Of a stretch of 59,181 nt of DNA, positions 29,875 to 40,544 are shown in pieces. Source of the DNA: Candidatus Moraniibacteriota bacterium (GTDB taxonomy: Bacteria > Patescibacteriota > Minisyncoccia > Moranbacterales > GCA-2747515). The stretch spans positions 1 through 59,181 of the forward strand of contig JAGYLL010000001.1 of NCBI GenBank assembly GCA_018401135.1, read 5' to 3'. Within the stretch, counting starts at the first letter, position 1, and every line of letters begins with the position of its first letter. The position numbers and the translations under genes were made by a program. Under the pieces are notes generated by a model. It was given only the letters and a program-made list of their open reading frames with translations, was not told where the DNA came from and made no database searches.

Positions 29875-30288
29875 ATGACATCTCTTTTATCTAAAAAAAC
29901 GGTTGAGAAGGAAAAAAAGTCTGAAAAAAAACCTTCTTCTCAAAAAACAAAGAAGGCTTCTTCGAAAGCTAAAAAGACTGTTTTGGTTGGGCATTTGGGT
30001 CGAACATTAGCATCTATTGTTTTGAAACGTCCCTATGTAACTGAAAAATCACATTCTTTGGCACAAAAAGGAGTATATGTTTTTGAAGTAGATATTCATG
30101 CGACCAAAACGATGATTCGTCGATCTGTGGAACAGTTGTACGAGGTGAAGGTGATAAAGGTGAATATATCGAATAAAAAATCATTGAAAAAGAGATTTGG
30201 AAAATCTGTAGGAAAAACAGCTGGACAAAAGAAAGCAATGATTACTCTGAAAAAAGGACAGACTATAGAGATATTCGAAGGTGCCTAA
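29875..30288 (+). CDS. rplW: 50S ribosomal protein L23 with Lys/Ser-rich N-terminal extension
   Basis: core LKRPYVTEKSHSL...YVFEVDIHATK preceded by ~40 basic residues. Confidence 0.9.
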   Translation: MTSLLSKKTVEKEKKSEKKPSSQKTKKASSKAKKTVLVGHLGRTLASIVLKRPYVTEKSHSLAQKGVYVFEVDIHATKTMIRRSVEQLYEVKVIKVNISNKKSLKKRFGKSVGKTAGQKKAMITLKKGQTIEIFEGA

Positions 30289-30314
30289 TAAATTGTTTGA
30301 AGAATAGATAGCGT

Positions 30315-31151
30315 ATGGCGGTCATAACATATCACAGAAATACAGCAGGAAGAAGAAATATGTCGGTTGTAAAATCCGAGTCTGTTTCTCGTGATAAAAA
30401 ACCACTTAAAAATTTATTAGCCTCTCTTAATAAAAAATCTGGTCGTGCAGGAGGAATGATAGCCATGCGACATAGAGGAGGAGGACATAAGCGACGATAT
30501 AGAGAAATTGATTTTCGACAAACGAAATTAGATGTTGAAGGAAAGGTTATTTATCTCGAAAAAGATCCAAACAGAAGTGGCTTTATTGCTCTTGTTTCTT
30601 ATAAAGATGGAGACAAAAAATATATTTTGGCAACAGAAACTATGAAAGAGGGTTCCGTTGTTGTCTGTGGAGAAAAAGCTCCTGTAGCTGAAGGAAATAG
30701 ATTGCCTTTGAAAAACATACCTTCGGGATATACTGTTTGTAATGTCGAAATGTTTCCTGGAAAAGGTGGGCAAATGGCAAGAAGCGCTGGTTCTGGAGTT
30801 CAATTGATGGGATTTGATGTAAAATATGCACAATTGAAACTTCCTTCGGGAGAAACTCGACTTATCAATAAAGAATGTTATGCTACTATAGGAAAAATAA
30901 GTAATTTTGAACATGGATCGATTCGTGTAGGAAAGGCAGGAAAGAAGCGCCATTTAGGAAGACGTCCTAAGGTTCGTGGAACAGCTATGAATCCTGTAGA
31001 CCATCCACATGGAGGAGGAGAAGGTTGTCAGCCAATAGGGTTGAAGTATCCAAAAACTCCATGGGGTAAGCATGCTCTCGGAAAGAAAACTCGAAAGAAG
31101 CATAAAGCAAGTAGCAAGTTTATTCTTGCTCGAAGGAATAAAAAACGATAA
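30315..31151 (+). CDS. rplB: 50S ribosomal protein L2
   Basis: [11 protein letters not shown] and [13 protein letters not shown] motifs. Confidence 0.97.
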   Translation: MAVITYHRNTAGRRNMSVVKSESVSRDKKPLKNLLASLNKKSGRAGGMIAMRHRGGGHKRRYREIDFRQTKLDVEGKVIYLEKDPNRSGFIALVSYKDGDKKYILATETMKEGSVVVCGEKAPVAEGNRLPLKNIPSGYTVCNVEMFPGKGGQMARSAGSGVQLMGFDVKYAQLKLPSGETRLINKECYATIGKISNFEHGSIRVGKAGKKRHLGRRPKVRGTAMNPVDHPHGGGEGCQPIGLKYPKTPWGKHALGKKTRKKHKASSKFILARRNKKR

Positions 31152-31162
31152 ATATCCCCTAT

Positions 31163-31492
31163 ATGAGTAGAAGTTTAAAAAAAGGTCCTTACATTGATTA
31201 TCGCTTAATGAAAAAAGTAAGCGAAAGAAAACCTGAAGACAAAGGAATAATTAAGACATGGTCTCGTTCAGCTACTATAGCTCCTGAAATGGTTGGTTTT
31301 ACTTTTGGTGTACATAATGGAAAGGATTTCATATCAGTTTTTGTTTCTGATGATATGGTAGGACATAAATTAGGAGAGTTTTCTCCAACAAGAAAATTTG
31401 TGAGGCATGGAGGTAAGATACAGAAAGAAATGGAAACCGCTGCCAAACAAAAGGAAATTGAGGCCGTTAAATCAGCGAAAGCAAGTAAATAG
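31163..31492 (+). CDS. rpsS: 30S ribosomal protein S19
   Basis: [12 protein letters not shown]...[13 protein letters not shown]. Confidence 0.96.
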   Translation: MSRSLKKGPYIDYRLMKKVSERKPEDKGIIKTWSRSATIAPEMVGFTFGVHNGKDFISVFVSDDMVGHKLGEFSPTRKFVRHGGKIQKEMETAAKQKEIEAVKSAKASK

Positions 31493-31503
31493 ATTTTTTA
31501 CGT

Positions 31504-32037
31504 ATGAAAGTACAAGCTCAACTCAAAAATTATAGAAAATCTCCTCGAAAGGTCCGTAGTGTTGCTCAAACATTACAGGGACTTACTGCTGTGGAAGCTA
31601 TGAATCGATTGCGTTTTTGCACAAGAGGTTCTTCCGATGCTCTCATTGGACTCATTGCAAGTGCTATTGCTAATGCTGAGAATAATTTTAGTATGAAAAA
31701 AGACACTTTATTTATAAGTGAAATTACGGTAAATGAAGGAACAAAATTGAAGCGATGGATGCCTCGTGCACAAGGAAGAGCCACAAGAATATTGAAACGC
31801 ATATCTTGTATACGAGTTGTTTTGGAAGAAAAAGAAGTAAAAGCAAGAGAAATGTCACAAGACTCTCCTCGTAAGATTAAAGAAGAAAAGAAGAAAGAAG
31901 TAAAAAATTCTTCTAAAAAAGAGGAGAAAAAAACAGAGAAAACCATTCCTACCAAGAAGAAGAATGAAAAAGTGACGAAAGAACATTTGACTAAAGTCGA
32001 AAAAGAGAGTAAAAAGGCAAGTAAATCGGATAAATAA
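31504..32037 (+). CDS. rplV: 50S ribosomal protein L22 with Lys/Glu-rich C-terminal extension
   Basis: core KSPRKVRSVAQTLQG...RWMPRAQGRATRILKR, then a ~65-aa KE-rich tail. Confidence 0.92.
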   Translation: MKVQAQLKNYRKSPRKVRSVAQTLQGLTAVEAMNRLRFCTRGSSDALIGLIASAIANAENNFSMKKDTLFISEITVNEGTKLKRWMPRAQGRATRILKRISCIRVVLEEKEVKAREMSQDSPRKIKEEKKKEVKNSSKKEEKKTEKTIPTKKKNEKVTKEHLTKVEKESKKASKSDK

Positions 32038-32049
32038 TTCTAAGAAAGT

Positions 32050-32697
32050 ATGGGACAAAAGGCACATCCAAAAAGTCTTCGTATAGGTATACATTTCGGT
32101 TGGACATCACGTTGGTTTCGTGAGTCCGGTGAATATGTACTCTCTTTGCGTCAAGATATTCTCATGAGAGAATTTATTCGCAAAACATGGAAACAGGCGG
32201 GTGTTTCAGATATTGATATTGAAAGAAGTTCTGGATTTATTCGTATCGTCATAAAAACAGCTCGACCAGGAATGATTATTGGTCGTGGTGGAAGTGGTAT
32301 AGAAGATATGACACGAAAGTTAAAGCAAAAGTTTTTTCTTGGAACGCGGACTCAAATAAAGGTAGATATTCAAGAAGTCCGTCATTTTGAAGAAGACGCT
32401 TCTCTTTTATCTCAAAATGTCGCAGAGCAATTAGAAAAACGTATGCCTTTTCGAAGAATTTTGAAATCTTCTATTGATCAGGCGATAAAAAATAAGAATA
32501 TTTTTGGAGTGAAAATTGAGATTTCAGGAAGATTAGGTGGTGCAGAAATGTGTAGAACAGAACGTTTAACAAAAGGAACTATCCCTCTACACACCTTACG
32601 AGCCAATATTGATTATGGATATTCTATTGCCTATACAACATATGGAACAATAGGAGTAAAGGTTTGGTTATACAAAGGAGATTCATTGAAACGATAA
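32050..32697 (+). CDS. rpsC: 30S ribosomal protein S3
   Basis: [14 protein letters not shown]..., KH domain. Confidence 0.96.
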   Translation: MGQKAHPKSLRIGIHFGWTSRWFRESGEYVLSLRQDILMREFIRKTWKQAGVSDIDIERSSGFIRIVIKTARPGMIIGRGGSGIEDMTRKLKQKFFLGTRTQIKVDIQEVRHFEEDASLLSQNVAEQLEKRMPFRRILKSSIDQAIKNKNIFGVKIEISGRLGGAEMCRTERLTKGTIPLHTLRANIDYGYSIAYTTYGTIGVKVWLYKGDSLKR

Positions 32698-32722
32698 CAG
32701 TAGTAAAGAAAATATGTTTTTA

Positions 32723-33133
32723 ATGCCAAAAAAAGTCAAGCATCGAAAAATGTTTCGTGGAGGAGAAATCCGCGGACTTGCTCGACGTGGACAAAATATA
32801 AGCTTTGGATCATTTGGACTCAAATCTATGGAAAGTGGATTGATATCTTCTCGTCAAATTGAATCAGCAAGAAGAGCTATGACGAGATATGTTCAAAGAG
32901 GTGGAAAAATTTGGATACGTTTATTTCCCCACAAGCCTATGACGAAAAAAGGAGCAGAAGTTCCTATGGGAAAGGGGAAAGGTGCTGTAGATCATTATGT
33001 TGCAAGAATAAAGCCCGGTAGAGTTATGTTTGAAATGGATGGAGTGGATATAAAAATTGCTCGAGAAGCAATGCGACGAGCTGCTCAAAAATTAAGCGTA
33101 AAGGCAAAATTTGTAAGACGTGATGAAGAATAA
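32723..33133 (+). CDS. rplP: 50S ribosomal protein L16
   Basis: [13 protein letters not shown] (ORF opens at 32714). Confidence 0.96.
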   Translation: MPKKVKHRKMFRGGEIRGLARRGQNISFGSFGLKSMESGLISSRQIESARRAMTRYVQRGGKIWIRLFPHKPMTKKGAEVPMGKGKGAVDHYVARIKPGRVMFEMDGVDIKIAREAMRRAAQKLSVKAKFVRRDEE

Positions 33134-33147
33134 ACGAAAGAAATTTT

Positions 33148-33372
33148 ATGAAATATAAGGATATTCAACAAGTAAGTGATGGAGAATTGAAAAAAATGAT
33201 AGAGGAGACTCGTGATATCATTCGATCTGTTCGATTTGCACTTTCTGTTGGTAAAATGAAAGAAAATAGTAAACACGAAGCCTCACGTAGAGATCTTGCT
33301 CGATTTCTGACAGAACAAGCATCTCGAAAGTCATCGCATCAACTTATTTCTCCTAAGGATTCGCATATATGA
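33148..33372 (+). CDS. rpmC: 50S ribosomal protein L29
   Basis: 74 aa, position between L16 and S17, ELKKMIEETRD pattern. Confidence 0.88.
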   Translation: MKYKDIQQVSDGELKKMIEETRDIIRSVRFALSVGKMKENSKHEASRRDLARFLTEQASRKSSHQLISPKDSHI

Positions 33373-33617
33373 AAAATGAAGTAAAGAAAAAAAAGCAAAT
33401 TTTTTCGGGAAAAGTTGTAAAAATTTCATCCGAAAAAACAATCGCTGTAGAAGTCGTTTCTTATAGAATGCATCCAAAGTATCAGAAAAAATTCAAAGAT
33501 ACGAAACGTTATCTCGTACATGATGAAAAAAAACGTTTTGGTGTTGGAGAAAATGTTACTTTTTCAGTGGGTAAACCGAGAAGTAAAAGAAAGTGTTTTG
33601 AAGTAATTGAACGTTAA
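33369..33617 (+). CDS. rpsQ: 30S ribosomal protein S17
   Basis: [16 protein letters not shown]...HPKYQK...YLVHDE. Confidence 0.93.
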   Translation: MKNEVKKKKQIFSGKVVKISSEKTIAVEVVSYRMHPKYQKKFKDTKRYLVHDEKKRFGVGENVTFSVGKPRSKRKCFEVIER

Positions 33618-33634
33618 GTTATTATTGTAATTGT

Positions 33635-34000
33635 ATGATTCAGGCAGAGACAAAATTACGAGTCGCAGATAATACAGGAGCTAAAATAGTAGAATGCTTC
33701 AAAGTTCCTGGTGGATCTCGAAGACGTTATGCTCAAATAGGAGATATTGTTATTGCTTCGGTAAAATCAGCCGAACCCAGAGGCTCTGTAAAAAAAGGAG
33801 ATAAAGTTAAGGTTGTTATTGTTCGTCAAATAAGTCCATTAAAAAGGAAAGACGGCTCATGTATTCGTTTTGATGATAATGCCGCAGTAATTCTTGATGG
33901 AAAAGAACCGAAGGGGACTCGAATATTTGGTCCTGTCGCAAGAGAATTGCGTGAAGCTGGATTTTTTAAGATTGTTTCATTGGCGCCTGAAGTGTTATAA
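33635..34000 (+). CDS. rplN: 50S ribosomal protein L14
   Basis: [17 protein letters not shown]. Confidence 0.97.
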   Translation: MIQAETKLRVADNTGAKIVECFKVPGGSRRRYAQIGDIVIASVKSAEPRGSVKKGDKVKVVIVRQISPLKRKDGSCIRFDDNAAVILDGKEPKGTRIFGPVARELREAGFFKIVSLAPEVL

Positions 34001-34024
34001 ATAAGAACAAATGATGTGATGGGT

Positions 34025-34336
34025 ATGAAGATAAAGAAAGGAGATAAAATTCAAGTGATTTGTGGAAAAAGTCGTGGAAAAACAGGCGCTGTTCTTGCTG
34101 TAAAAAAAGAAGAAGAACGTATTGTTGTTGAAGGTGTTAATATGATTCGTCGACACACGAAACCTCGTAGAAAAGGTGAAAAGGGTCAAATTATTGAAAA
34201 AAATGCTCCCTTGGCTTTATCTAACGTTGTTCTCATTTGTCCTAAATGTACAAAGCCAACGAAAGTAATGTATTTTATAGATGAAGCCAAAAGAAAGTTT
34301 CGACAATGCAAAAAATGTAAAGCTATGATTTCTTAG
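34025..34336 (+). CDS. rplX: 50S ribosomal protein L24
   Basis: MKIKKGDKIQVICGKSRGKTG (KOW motif). Confidence 0.93.
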   Translation: MKIKKGDKIQVICGKSRGKTGAVLAVKKEEERIVVEGVNMIRRHTKPRRKGEKGQIIEKNAPLALSNVVLICPKCTKPTKVMYFIDEAKRKFRQCKKCKAMIS

Positions 34337-34340
34337 ATAT

Positions 34341-34910
34341 ATGTCTCAAAACAAGCACAATACCAGTATTACTATAAGAGAATTGTACCAAAAAGAATGC
34401 CTCCCAACGCTTCAAAAAGAGTTTGGATATTCCAATGTAAATGCCCTTCCTAAGATTCAGAAAGTGGTTGTTAATGTTGGTGTGGGAAAAATTCATAAAG
34501 AAGCACAGGCTATTGAGGCTATTGCTAAGGACATTGCTGTTATTACTGGACAAAAACCCGTTATCGTTATGTCTAAGAAAGCTATTGCAGGTTTTAAAAT
34601 TCGTAAAGGAGCACCCTCTGGCGTGAAAGTGACCCTAAGGGGTCCTCGAATGTGGGATTTTCTTGATCGTCTGATTCTCGTAGCCCTTCCAAGAACAAGA
34701 GATTTTCAAGGTCTTGAATCTACGGTTGTGGATAAAAATGGAAATGCGAATATTGGTATAAAAGAACATATGATTTTTCCAGAAATACGACCAGAAAAAG
34801 TCTTTAGACCATTTTCTTTACAGGTTACGGTAGTTACAACGACAAATACGTATGAAGTAGCATCTCGTCTTTTTAAAATAATTCGTTTTCCTTTCAAAAC
34901 GTCTAAATAA
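34341..34910 (+). CDS. rplE: 50S ribosomal protein L5
   Basis: [14 protein letters not shown]...; cluster position. Confidence 0.95.
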   Translation: MSQNKHNTSITIRELYQKECLPTLQKEFGYSNVNALPKIQKVVVNVGVGKIHKEAQAIEAIAKDIAVITGQKPVIVMSKKAIAGFKIRKGAPSGVKVTLRGPRMWDFLDRLILVALPRTRDFQGLESTVVDKNGNANIGIKEHMIFPEIRPEKVFRPFSLQVTVVTTTNTYEVASRLFKIIRFPFKTSK

Positions 34911-34918
34911 TTGATACT

Positions 34919-35104
34919 ATGGCAAAAACATCTGTCTACGCACGATCTCTGAAAAAACCGAAATTTTCTACTCGAATAGTTCGTCGATGTTGGAAATGTG
35001 GTCGAAAACACGGATTTCTCAGAAAATTTGGTTTATGTAGAATTTGTTTTCGAGAACTTGCTTCTCGAGGAGAAATTCCGGGAGTACGTCGTTCATCGTG
35101 GTAG
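34919..35104 (+). CDS. rpsN: 30S ribosomal protein S14, zinc-binding type Z
   Basis: 61 aa, CWKCGR...CRIC Cys4, ends RRSSW. Confidence 0.93.
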   Translation: MAKTSVYARSLKKPKFSTRIVRRCWKCGRKHGFLRKFGLCRICFRELASRGEIPGVRRSSW

Positions 35105-35132
35105 AAAGTGTCCATTTAATAGAAAGTAATAT

Positions 35133-35537
35133 ATGTTAGATCCAATAAGTGACATGCTCACAAGAATACGAAATGCTCAACGTGCTGGAAAGCACATAGT
35201 TGAGATGCCTTCTTCTAAGCTAAAACGATCTGTTATCAAGGTTATTTTTGATCGTGGATTTGTTGAAAGTTTTGAAGAAAAAACAATTGATGGAAAAGCC
35301 CAATTAGAAATAGTATTGAAATATCGAGGAGATAGTCAGGTTGTAAAAGAGCCTTTTATTCATGAAATACGAAGAGTGAGTAAAGAGGGTCAACGAATGT
35401 ATGTTCGCTCCGAGGATATTAAACGAATAAAGAATGGTTTGGGTACAGCTATTATTTCTACATCAAAAGGTGTTATTTCTGGAGAAGAAGCAAGAAAGCT
35501 TGGTGTTGGTGGTGAGTATATTTGTTCCATTTGGTAA
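35133..35537 (+). CDS. rpsH: 30S ribosomal protein S8
   Basis: MLDPISDMLTRIRNAQRAG. Confidence 0.96.
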   Translation: MLDPISDMLTRIRNAQRAGKHIVEMPSSKLKRSVIKVIFDRGFVESFEEKTIDGKAQLEIVLKYRGDSQVVKEPFIHEIRRVSKEGQRMYVRSEDIKRIKNGLGTAIISTSKGVISGEEARKLGVGGEYICSIW

Positions 35538-35550
35538 ATATGATAAATGT

Positions 35551-36096
35551 ATGAGTCGAATAGGTAAGAAAAGTATTATCGTTCCCAAAGAAGTAACCCT
35601 TACGATTGAGAAAAATCGGATTGTTAAGGTGGTTGGTTCTAAAGGAGAGCTTTCTATAAAACACCATCGAGATATAGCGGTGGATTTTAATGAACAAGAA
35701 AAGAGTGTCCAGACATCCTGTCAGAGAAAAACGAAAGAAACTTCTGCTTTGTGGGGGACGACGTCACGACTTATTGAAAATATGATACGAGGAGTTTCCC
35801 AAGGTTTTGAAAAAAAGTTAGAGCTTAATGGTGTTGGATTTAGAATGAATCTTCAGGGAGACAATCTCGTTTTTGCATTAGGATTTTCTCATCCTGTTGA
35901 GCGAAAAGTTCCCGAAGGTATTCGTGTTGAAATTAAGGATAATGTTCTTTCTGTTTTTGGTATAGATAAGCAAAAAGTGGGACAATTTTCTGCTGAAATA
36001 CGCTCTCTAAAGCCTGTTGAGCCTTATAAAGGGAAAGGATTTCGGTATGTCGGAGAAATTGTAAGAAGAAAAGAAGGTAAAAAATCAGCATCCTAA
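35551..36096 (+). CDS. rplF: 50S ribosomal protein L6
   Basis: MSRIGKKSIIVPKEV; the ORF-track start 35434 overlaps rpsH and is not conserved sequence. Confidence 0.95.
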   Translation: MSRIGKKSIIVPKEVTLTIEKNRIVKVVGSKGELSIKHHRDIAVDFNEQEKSVQTSCQRKTKETSALWGTTSRLIENMIRGVSQGFEKKLELNGVGFRMNLQGDNLVFALGFSHPVERKVPEGIRVEIKDNVLSVFGIDKQKVGQFSAEIRSLKPVEPYKGKGFRYVGEIVRRKEGKKSAS

Positions 36097-36141
36097 TGTA
36101 GAAAAAATCAGAAAAAAGATTTTTTGATAAAGAAGAAATAT

Positions 36142-36495
36142 ATGATATATAAGCAACTCCTCCATGAAAGAAGACGAAGACGAGTTAGATCTCGTATAAC
36201 GGGTACCCTTGAAAGGCCTCGTCTTTGTGTTCGAAAAACACTCGTTGGTCTGTATGGTCAACTTATCGACGATACTTCTGGAAAAACACTTGCCTGGGTT
36301 GATTGGCGTGAGTTAGATAAGAAAAAGTTTTCTTCTCATAATGTTTCACGAGCCCATGCACTCGGTCTTCTTTTGGCACAAAAAGCCAAGAAAGTTACCA
36401 TAGAGAAAGTAGTGTTTGATAGAGGGGGATATGCCTATCATGGAAAAGTGAAAGCATTTTCCGAAGGTGCTCGTGAGGGGGGATTACAGTTTTAA
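36142..36495 (+). CDS. rplR: 50S ribosomal protein L18
   Basis: RRRRRVRSRITGTLERPRLCVRKT... Confidence 0.93.
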   Translation: MIYKQLLHERRRRRVRSRITGTLERPRLCVRKTLVGLYGQLIDDTSGKTLAWVDWRELDKKKFSSHNVSRAHALGLLLAQKAKKVTIEKVVFDRGGYAYHGKVKAFSEGAREGGLQF

Positions 36496-36513
36496 GATAA
36501 TATTGTTTTTCAT

Positions 36514-37164
36514 ATGGCAAAACCACGAAAAAAATCACACCGAGAAAAACCAGAGTTTGAACAAAAACTTCTTGATTTACGTCGAGTAACACGTGTTGTT
36601 AAAGGAGGTCGTCGTTTTCGATTTCGAGCAACGGTTGTTATTGGTGATAGGAGAGGAAAAGTTGGGGTGGGTGTTTCTAAAGGAGTTGATGTAACCGATG
36701 CTATTGCTAAGGCATACGCAGGAGCAAAAAAGACTCTCATACACGTTCCTATTCTTAATGGAACTATTCCACATGATATTGAGGTAAAATTAGGAAGTGC
36801 CAAAGTTTTATTAAAACCAGCAAGTGAAGGTCGTGGACTTATTGCTGGGGGAGCTGTCCGCATTGTTGTAGATTTCGCTGGTATAAAAGATATTACAGCT
36901 AAATCATTGGGAACTTCTAACAAATTGAATGTTGCTCGAGCTACTATTCTTGCTCTTTCTCAATTACAAATGATAGAAAGAAAAAGAAAAGAAAAAAAGA
37001 ATGATGTGGTTGTTCCTGAACAAAAGACACAAGAGATTCCAAAGAAAAAAGTTCAAGCACAAGAGAAGGATATGAAAAAAGTAAAAGAAGGAGAAAAAGC
37101 TCCATCTGTAAAAAAATCTTCTGCAAAAGTTTTAAAAAAGAAAATAAATAAGAAAGCTAAGTAA
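36514..37164 (+). CDS. rpsE: 30S ribosomal protein S5 with Lys-rich C-terminal extension
   Basis: RRVTRVVKGGRRFRFRATVVIGD core, then a ~60-aa basic tail. Confidence 0.94.
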   Translation: MAKPRKKSHREKPEFEQKLLDLRRVTRVVKGGRRFRFRATVVIGDRRGKVGVGVSKGVDVTDAIAKAYAGAKKTLIHVPILNGTIPHDIEVKLGSAKVLLKPASEGRGLIAGGAVRIVVDFAGIKDITAKSLGTSNKLNVARATILALSQLQMIERKRKEKKNDVVVPEQKTQEIPKKKVQAQEKDMKKVKEGEKAPSVKKSSAKVLKKKINKKAK

Positions 37165-37203
37165 ATGAATTAAGAAGAATAAGAGAATTTCTAAAAATAG
37201 CGT

Positions 37204-37656
37204 ATGCAAATTCACGAGATTGTTACAGAGAGAAAGAAATCCAGAAAACGAGTAGGTCGCGGTGGAAAACGCGGTACGTATTCAGGAAGAGGCAATAAAG
37301 GACAAAAATCCCGATCAGGTGGTAATGTCGACCCTCTTTTTGAAGGAGGACGATCATCTCTTGTTGAGCGAATGAAGAAAAATCGTGGGAAAAAAGCTTT
37401 TAGTCCCAAAAAAATTACGGTAACATTTACGAAACTTGAAAAAGTTTTTGAGAATGGAGAAATTGTTTCTCTTGAGACACTCTTGGCAAAAAAGATTCTT
37501 TCGAAAAAAACATTTTCTTATGGTGCTAAAATTGTAGCAACGGGAACTCTGACAAAAAAACTTAGTGTTTCAGAAGATATTCTTCTCTCTTCTTTGGCGC
37601 AAGAAACTATTGAAAAACTTGGAGGCACGGTAGAAGAAATAGGGGAGAAAAAATAG
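37204..37656 (+). CDS. rplO: 50S ribosomal protein L15
   Basis: RVGRGGKRGTYSGRGNKGQKSRSGG; only 39 nt separate it from rpsE, so there is no room for rpmD. Confidence 0.94.
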   Translation: MQIHEIVTERKKSRKRVGRGGKRGTYSGRGNKGQKSRSGGNVDPLFEGGRSSLVERMKKNRGKKAFSPKKITVTFTKLEKVFENGEIVSLETLLAKKILSKKTFSYGAKIVATGTLTKKLSVSEDILLSSLAQETIEKLGGTVEEIGEKK

Positions 37657-37748
37657 AGATTTGCTAGAGAGTTTTTTATAAAAATAGCTTTTTTTAAAAA
37701 AATACTCTATACTTGTCTTGAAAGTTTTGATTTGAAAAAAATAATTAC

Positions 37749-39017
37749 ATGGAAAAGATTTTTCGTATCTTTCAAGTTTCTGATATTAGAAATAAGATTC
37801 TCTTCGTACTCGCTCTTTTGGTGGTGTACCGTTTAGCTGCCAACATTCCTCTTCCTGGTGTTGATATAGAACGAGTGCAATCTTTATTCGAAAATAATCA
37901 AATTTTAGGTTTGCTTAATATTTTTTCTGGAGGAGGTCTTTCGAATATTTCTATTGTTCTTTTGGGAATTGGCCCCTACATAACGGCTTCTATTATTATG
38001 CAGGTACTTACTATGGTAGTACCTCAGCTTGAGCAAATGTATAAAGAAGAAGGAGAAGCTGGCCGACAAAAGTTTACGATGATTACAAGAATTATCACCA
38101 TTCCTCTCGCTGTGATACAGACATTTGGAATGATTTCTCTTCTTAAAGCACAACAAATTCTCATAAATCTTAGTTCTTTCGATACCCTTATTTTGGTTAT
38201 TATAGCAACAGCAGGAACTATATTTCTTATGTGGCTTGGAGAGCTTATAACAGAGAAAAAAATAGGGAATGGTGTTTCTATTATGATATTTGCTGGAATT
38301 GTTGCCAGTATGCCCTCTATTCTTTCACGAGTATTTTCCACGTTTGATTCAGCAGAGCTTTTCACCTATCTCATTTTCTTAATAATAGGACTAGTGACTA
38401 TTGCCGGAGTCGTATTCGTCAATGAAGGACAAAGAAATATACCTATTTCGTATGCAAAAAAAATGCACGGAGGGCGTCAATCAGGAGGATCTTCAACACA
38501 TCTCCCTCTTCGAGTCAATCAAGCTGGTGTGATACCTATTATTTTTGCAGTATCTATTGTACTTTTCCCTTCTTTCGTTGGAAGTGTTTTGGCTCAATCG
38601 AGTAATACTACCCTTGCTTCAGCAGGATCCTTTCTTACCTCGGTGTTTCAAGATCAATTGATATATGGAATAGTATATTTCACGCTTGTTATACTCTTTA
38701 CCTATTTTTACACAGCGGTTGTTTTTGATCCTAAAAAAATAGCAGAAAATCTTCAAAAGCAAGGAGGATTTATTCCTGGTATACGACCAGGGAAGAATAC
38801 ACAAGAATATCTTGGTCGGATAACAAGACGTATAACGCTTTTCGGTTCAATTTTCCTTGGGAGCATAGCCGTTCTTCCCATTGTTGTTCAGGGATTTACC
38901 AATATCTCAACCCTTACGCTTGGGGGAACGAGTATCCTTATTGCTGTTTCTGTTGTTATCGAAATGGTAAAACAAATGGAAAGCCAACTTGTTATGCGTC
39001 GTTACGATATTTATTAA
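37749..39017 (+). CDS. secY: preprotein translocase subunit SecY
   Basis: 422 aa, 10-TM pattern, cluster position. Confidence 0.96.
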   Translation: MEKIFRIFQVSDIRNKILFVLALLVVYRLAANIPLPGVDIERVQSLFENNQILGLLNIFSGGGLSNISIVLLGIGPYITASIIMQVLTMVVPQLEQMYKEEGEAGRQKFTMITRIITIPLAVIQTFGMISLLKAQQILINLSSFDTLILVIIATAGTIFLMWLGELITEKKIGNGVSIMIFAGIVASMPSILSRVFSTFDSAELFTYLIFLIIGLVTIAGVVFVNEGQRNIPISYAKKMHGGRQSGGSSTHLPLRVNQAGVIPIIFAVSIVLFPSFVGSVLAQSSNTTLASAGSFLTSVFQDQLIYGIVYFTLVILFTYFYTAVVFDPKKIAENLQKQGGFIPGIRPGKNTQEYLGRITRRITLFGSIFLGSIAVLPIVVQGFTNISTLTLGGTSILIAVSVVIEMVKQMESQLVMRRYDIY

Positions 39018-39026
39018 TTTTTTCTA

Positions 39027-39728
39027 ATGAACGAAGAAAAATTTGGAATAGTTATCTTGGGACCCCCTGGATCTGGAAAGGGTACTCAAGCACGTTGTTT
39101 GTCAAGTTTATTCCGACTTAAACATATAGATGTTGGAAGAGAACTTCGTCGTGTAGCAGAAGAAAAGACTTCGCTTGGTTTGCATATTAATACATTAATT
39201 TATAAGGAAAAAGTACTTGTTCCTGACGACCTTGTTTTGAAAATTTTGCAAAACGCTTTTGAGCCGATATCTTTTTTTTCTGGAGTTATTCTTGATGGAG
39301 CACCTCGCCATAAAGATCAAATACAAAGTATAGAACATTTTTTGCAACAATTGGGAGTTCCTATACTGTGCGCTCTCTCTATACGAGTAGATGAAACATT
39401 GCTCGTAGAGCGTATAAAAAATCGTTATTTTTGTCCTCGTTGTATTAGTTTTTATATAAATGGAATAGATATTCAGGATGCTACAAAAGATCTTTGTCCT
39501 AAATGCAGATATCCTTTGGAACGAAGGAAAGATGATACCGCTGAGGGAGTAAAAAAGCGTCTCGAAATATTTTCCAAAGAAACACAATTGGTCATTGAAG
39601 AATATCGGAAGCAAAAAAGACTCATAGAAATTGATGGAGAGGATGAGCCTGATATAGTTTGCTCTTTGGCGCACAAAGAATTATTGAAAATGATTCAAGA
39701 AAAATATGCGAATAAAAACACAGCGTGA
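39027..39728 (+). CDS. adk: adenylate kinase (zinc-lid type)
   Basis: GPPGSGKGTQ; lid CPRC...CPKC. Confidence 0.93.
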   Translation: MNEEKFGIVILGPPGSGKGTQARCLSSLFRLKHIDVGRELRRVAEEKTSLGLHINTLIYKEKVLVPDDLVLKILQNAFEPISFFSGVILDGAPRHKDQIQSIEHFLQQLGVPILCALSIRVDETLLVERIKNRYFCPRCISFYINGIDIQDATKDLCPKCRYPLERRKDDTAEGVKKRLEIFSKETQLVIEEYRKQKRLIEIDGEDEPDIVCSLAHKELLKMIQEKYANKNTA

Positions 39729-40464
39729 AATTCAACTCCTTAAAGAAGGAGGAAAGCGACTTCGAGACATTCTTTCTTTTCTCATTCAAAAGGTTGAGGT
39801 TGGTATTCCTACCTATGATCTCGACATCCTTGCTCGAGAGAAAATCGCTCAACAGGGAGGAAAGCCATCTTTTCTGTACTATGGTAAAGAATTCGGAAAT
39901 CCTTTTCCTTCAGCTGTATGTGTCTCTCTTAATGAGGAGGTTGTCCATGGTATTCCAAAAAAAGAAAGAATTATTCAAGAAGGGGATATTGTTTCTCTCG
40001 ATATTGGTATGTGGTATGAAGGTTTAGCAACTGATACCGCAAGAACAACCATCGTAGGTAAGACATCCTCAGATATTTTGCGTTTAGTAGAAGGCACAAG
40101 AGAGTCTCTTGATGCTGGAATAACTACTATACGAGAAGGATCTTCTCTCCGTGATTTTGCACGAGCAGTAGAAAATATTGCCAAAAAACATTCTTTAGGA
40201 GTAGTGAGAGATCTTGTGGGACATGGTGTGGGGCATGAAGTACACGAACCTCCTCAGATTGCAAATTATGTTGCGGGAGCTTCTGGAGAAAAGTTTGAAG
40301 CGGGGATGGTGGTCGCTCTTGAACCTATGTTTACTCTGGGAACATGGAAAGTTAATGTTCTTGATGATGAATGGACATTTGTCACTCAGGATGGCTCTAT
40401 GAGTGCTCATTTTGAAGATACGGTAGTGGTGACAAAGAAGGGGGTTGAAATTATTACTCGATAG
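39706..40464 (+). CDS. map: methionine aminopeptidase type I
   Basis: 252 aa; VVHGIP, D..D metal ligands, HGVGHEVHEPP. Confidence 0.94.
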   Translation: MRIKTQREIQLLKEGGKRLRDILSFLIQKVEVGIPTYDLDILAREKIAQQGGKPSFLYYGKEFGNPFPSAVCVSLNEEVVHGIPKKERIIQEGDIVSLDIGMWYEGLATDTARTTIVGKTSSDILRLVEGTRESLDAGITTIREGSSLRDFARAVENIAKKHSLGVVRDLVGHGVGHEVHEPPQIANYVAGASGEKFEAGMVVALEPMFTLGTWKVNVLDDEWTFVTQDGSMSAHFEDTVVVTKKGVEIITR

Positions 40465-40544
40465 TCTCTATGCACAGTGTTTATAGAAAAAAAAAGAAAA
40501 AACATATGAAGTATCAAACGCATGAATTTGATAGGGCTGAATTT

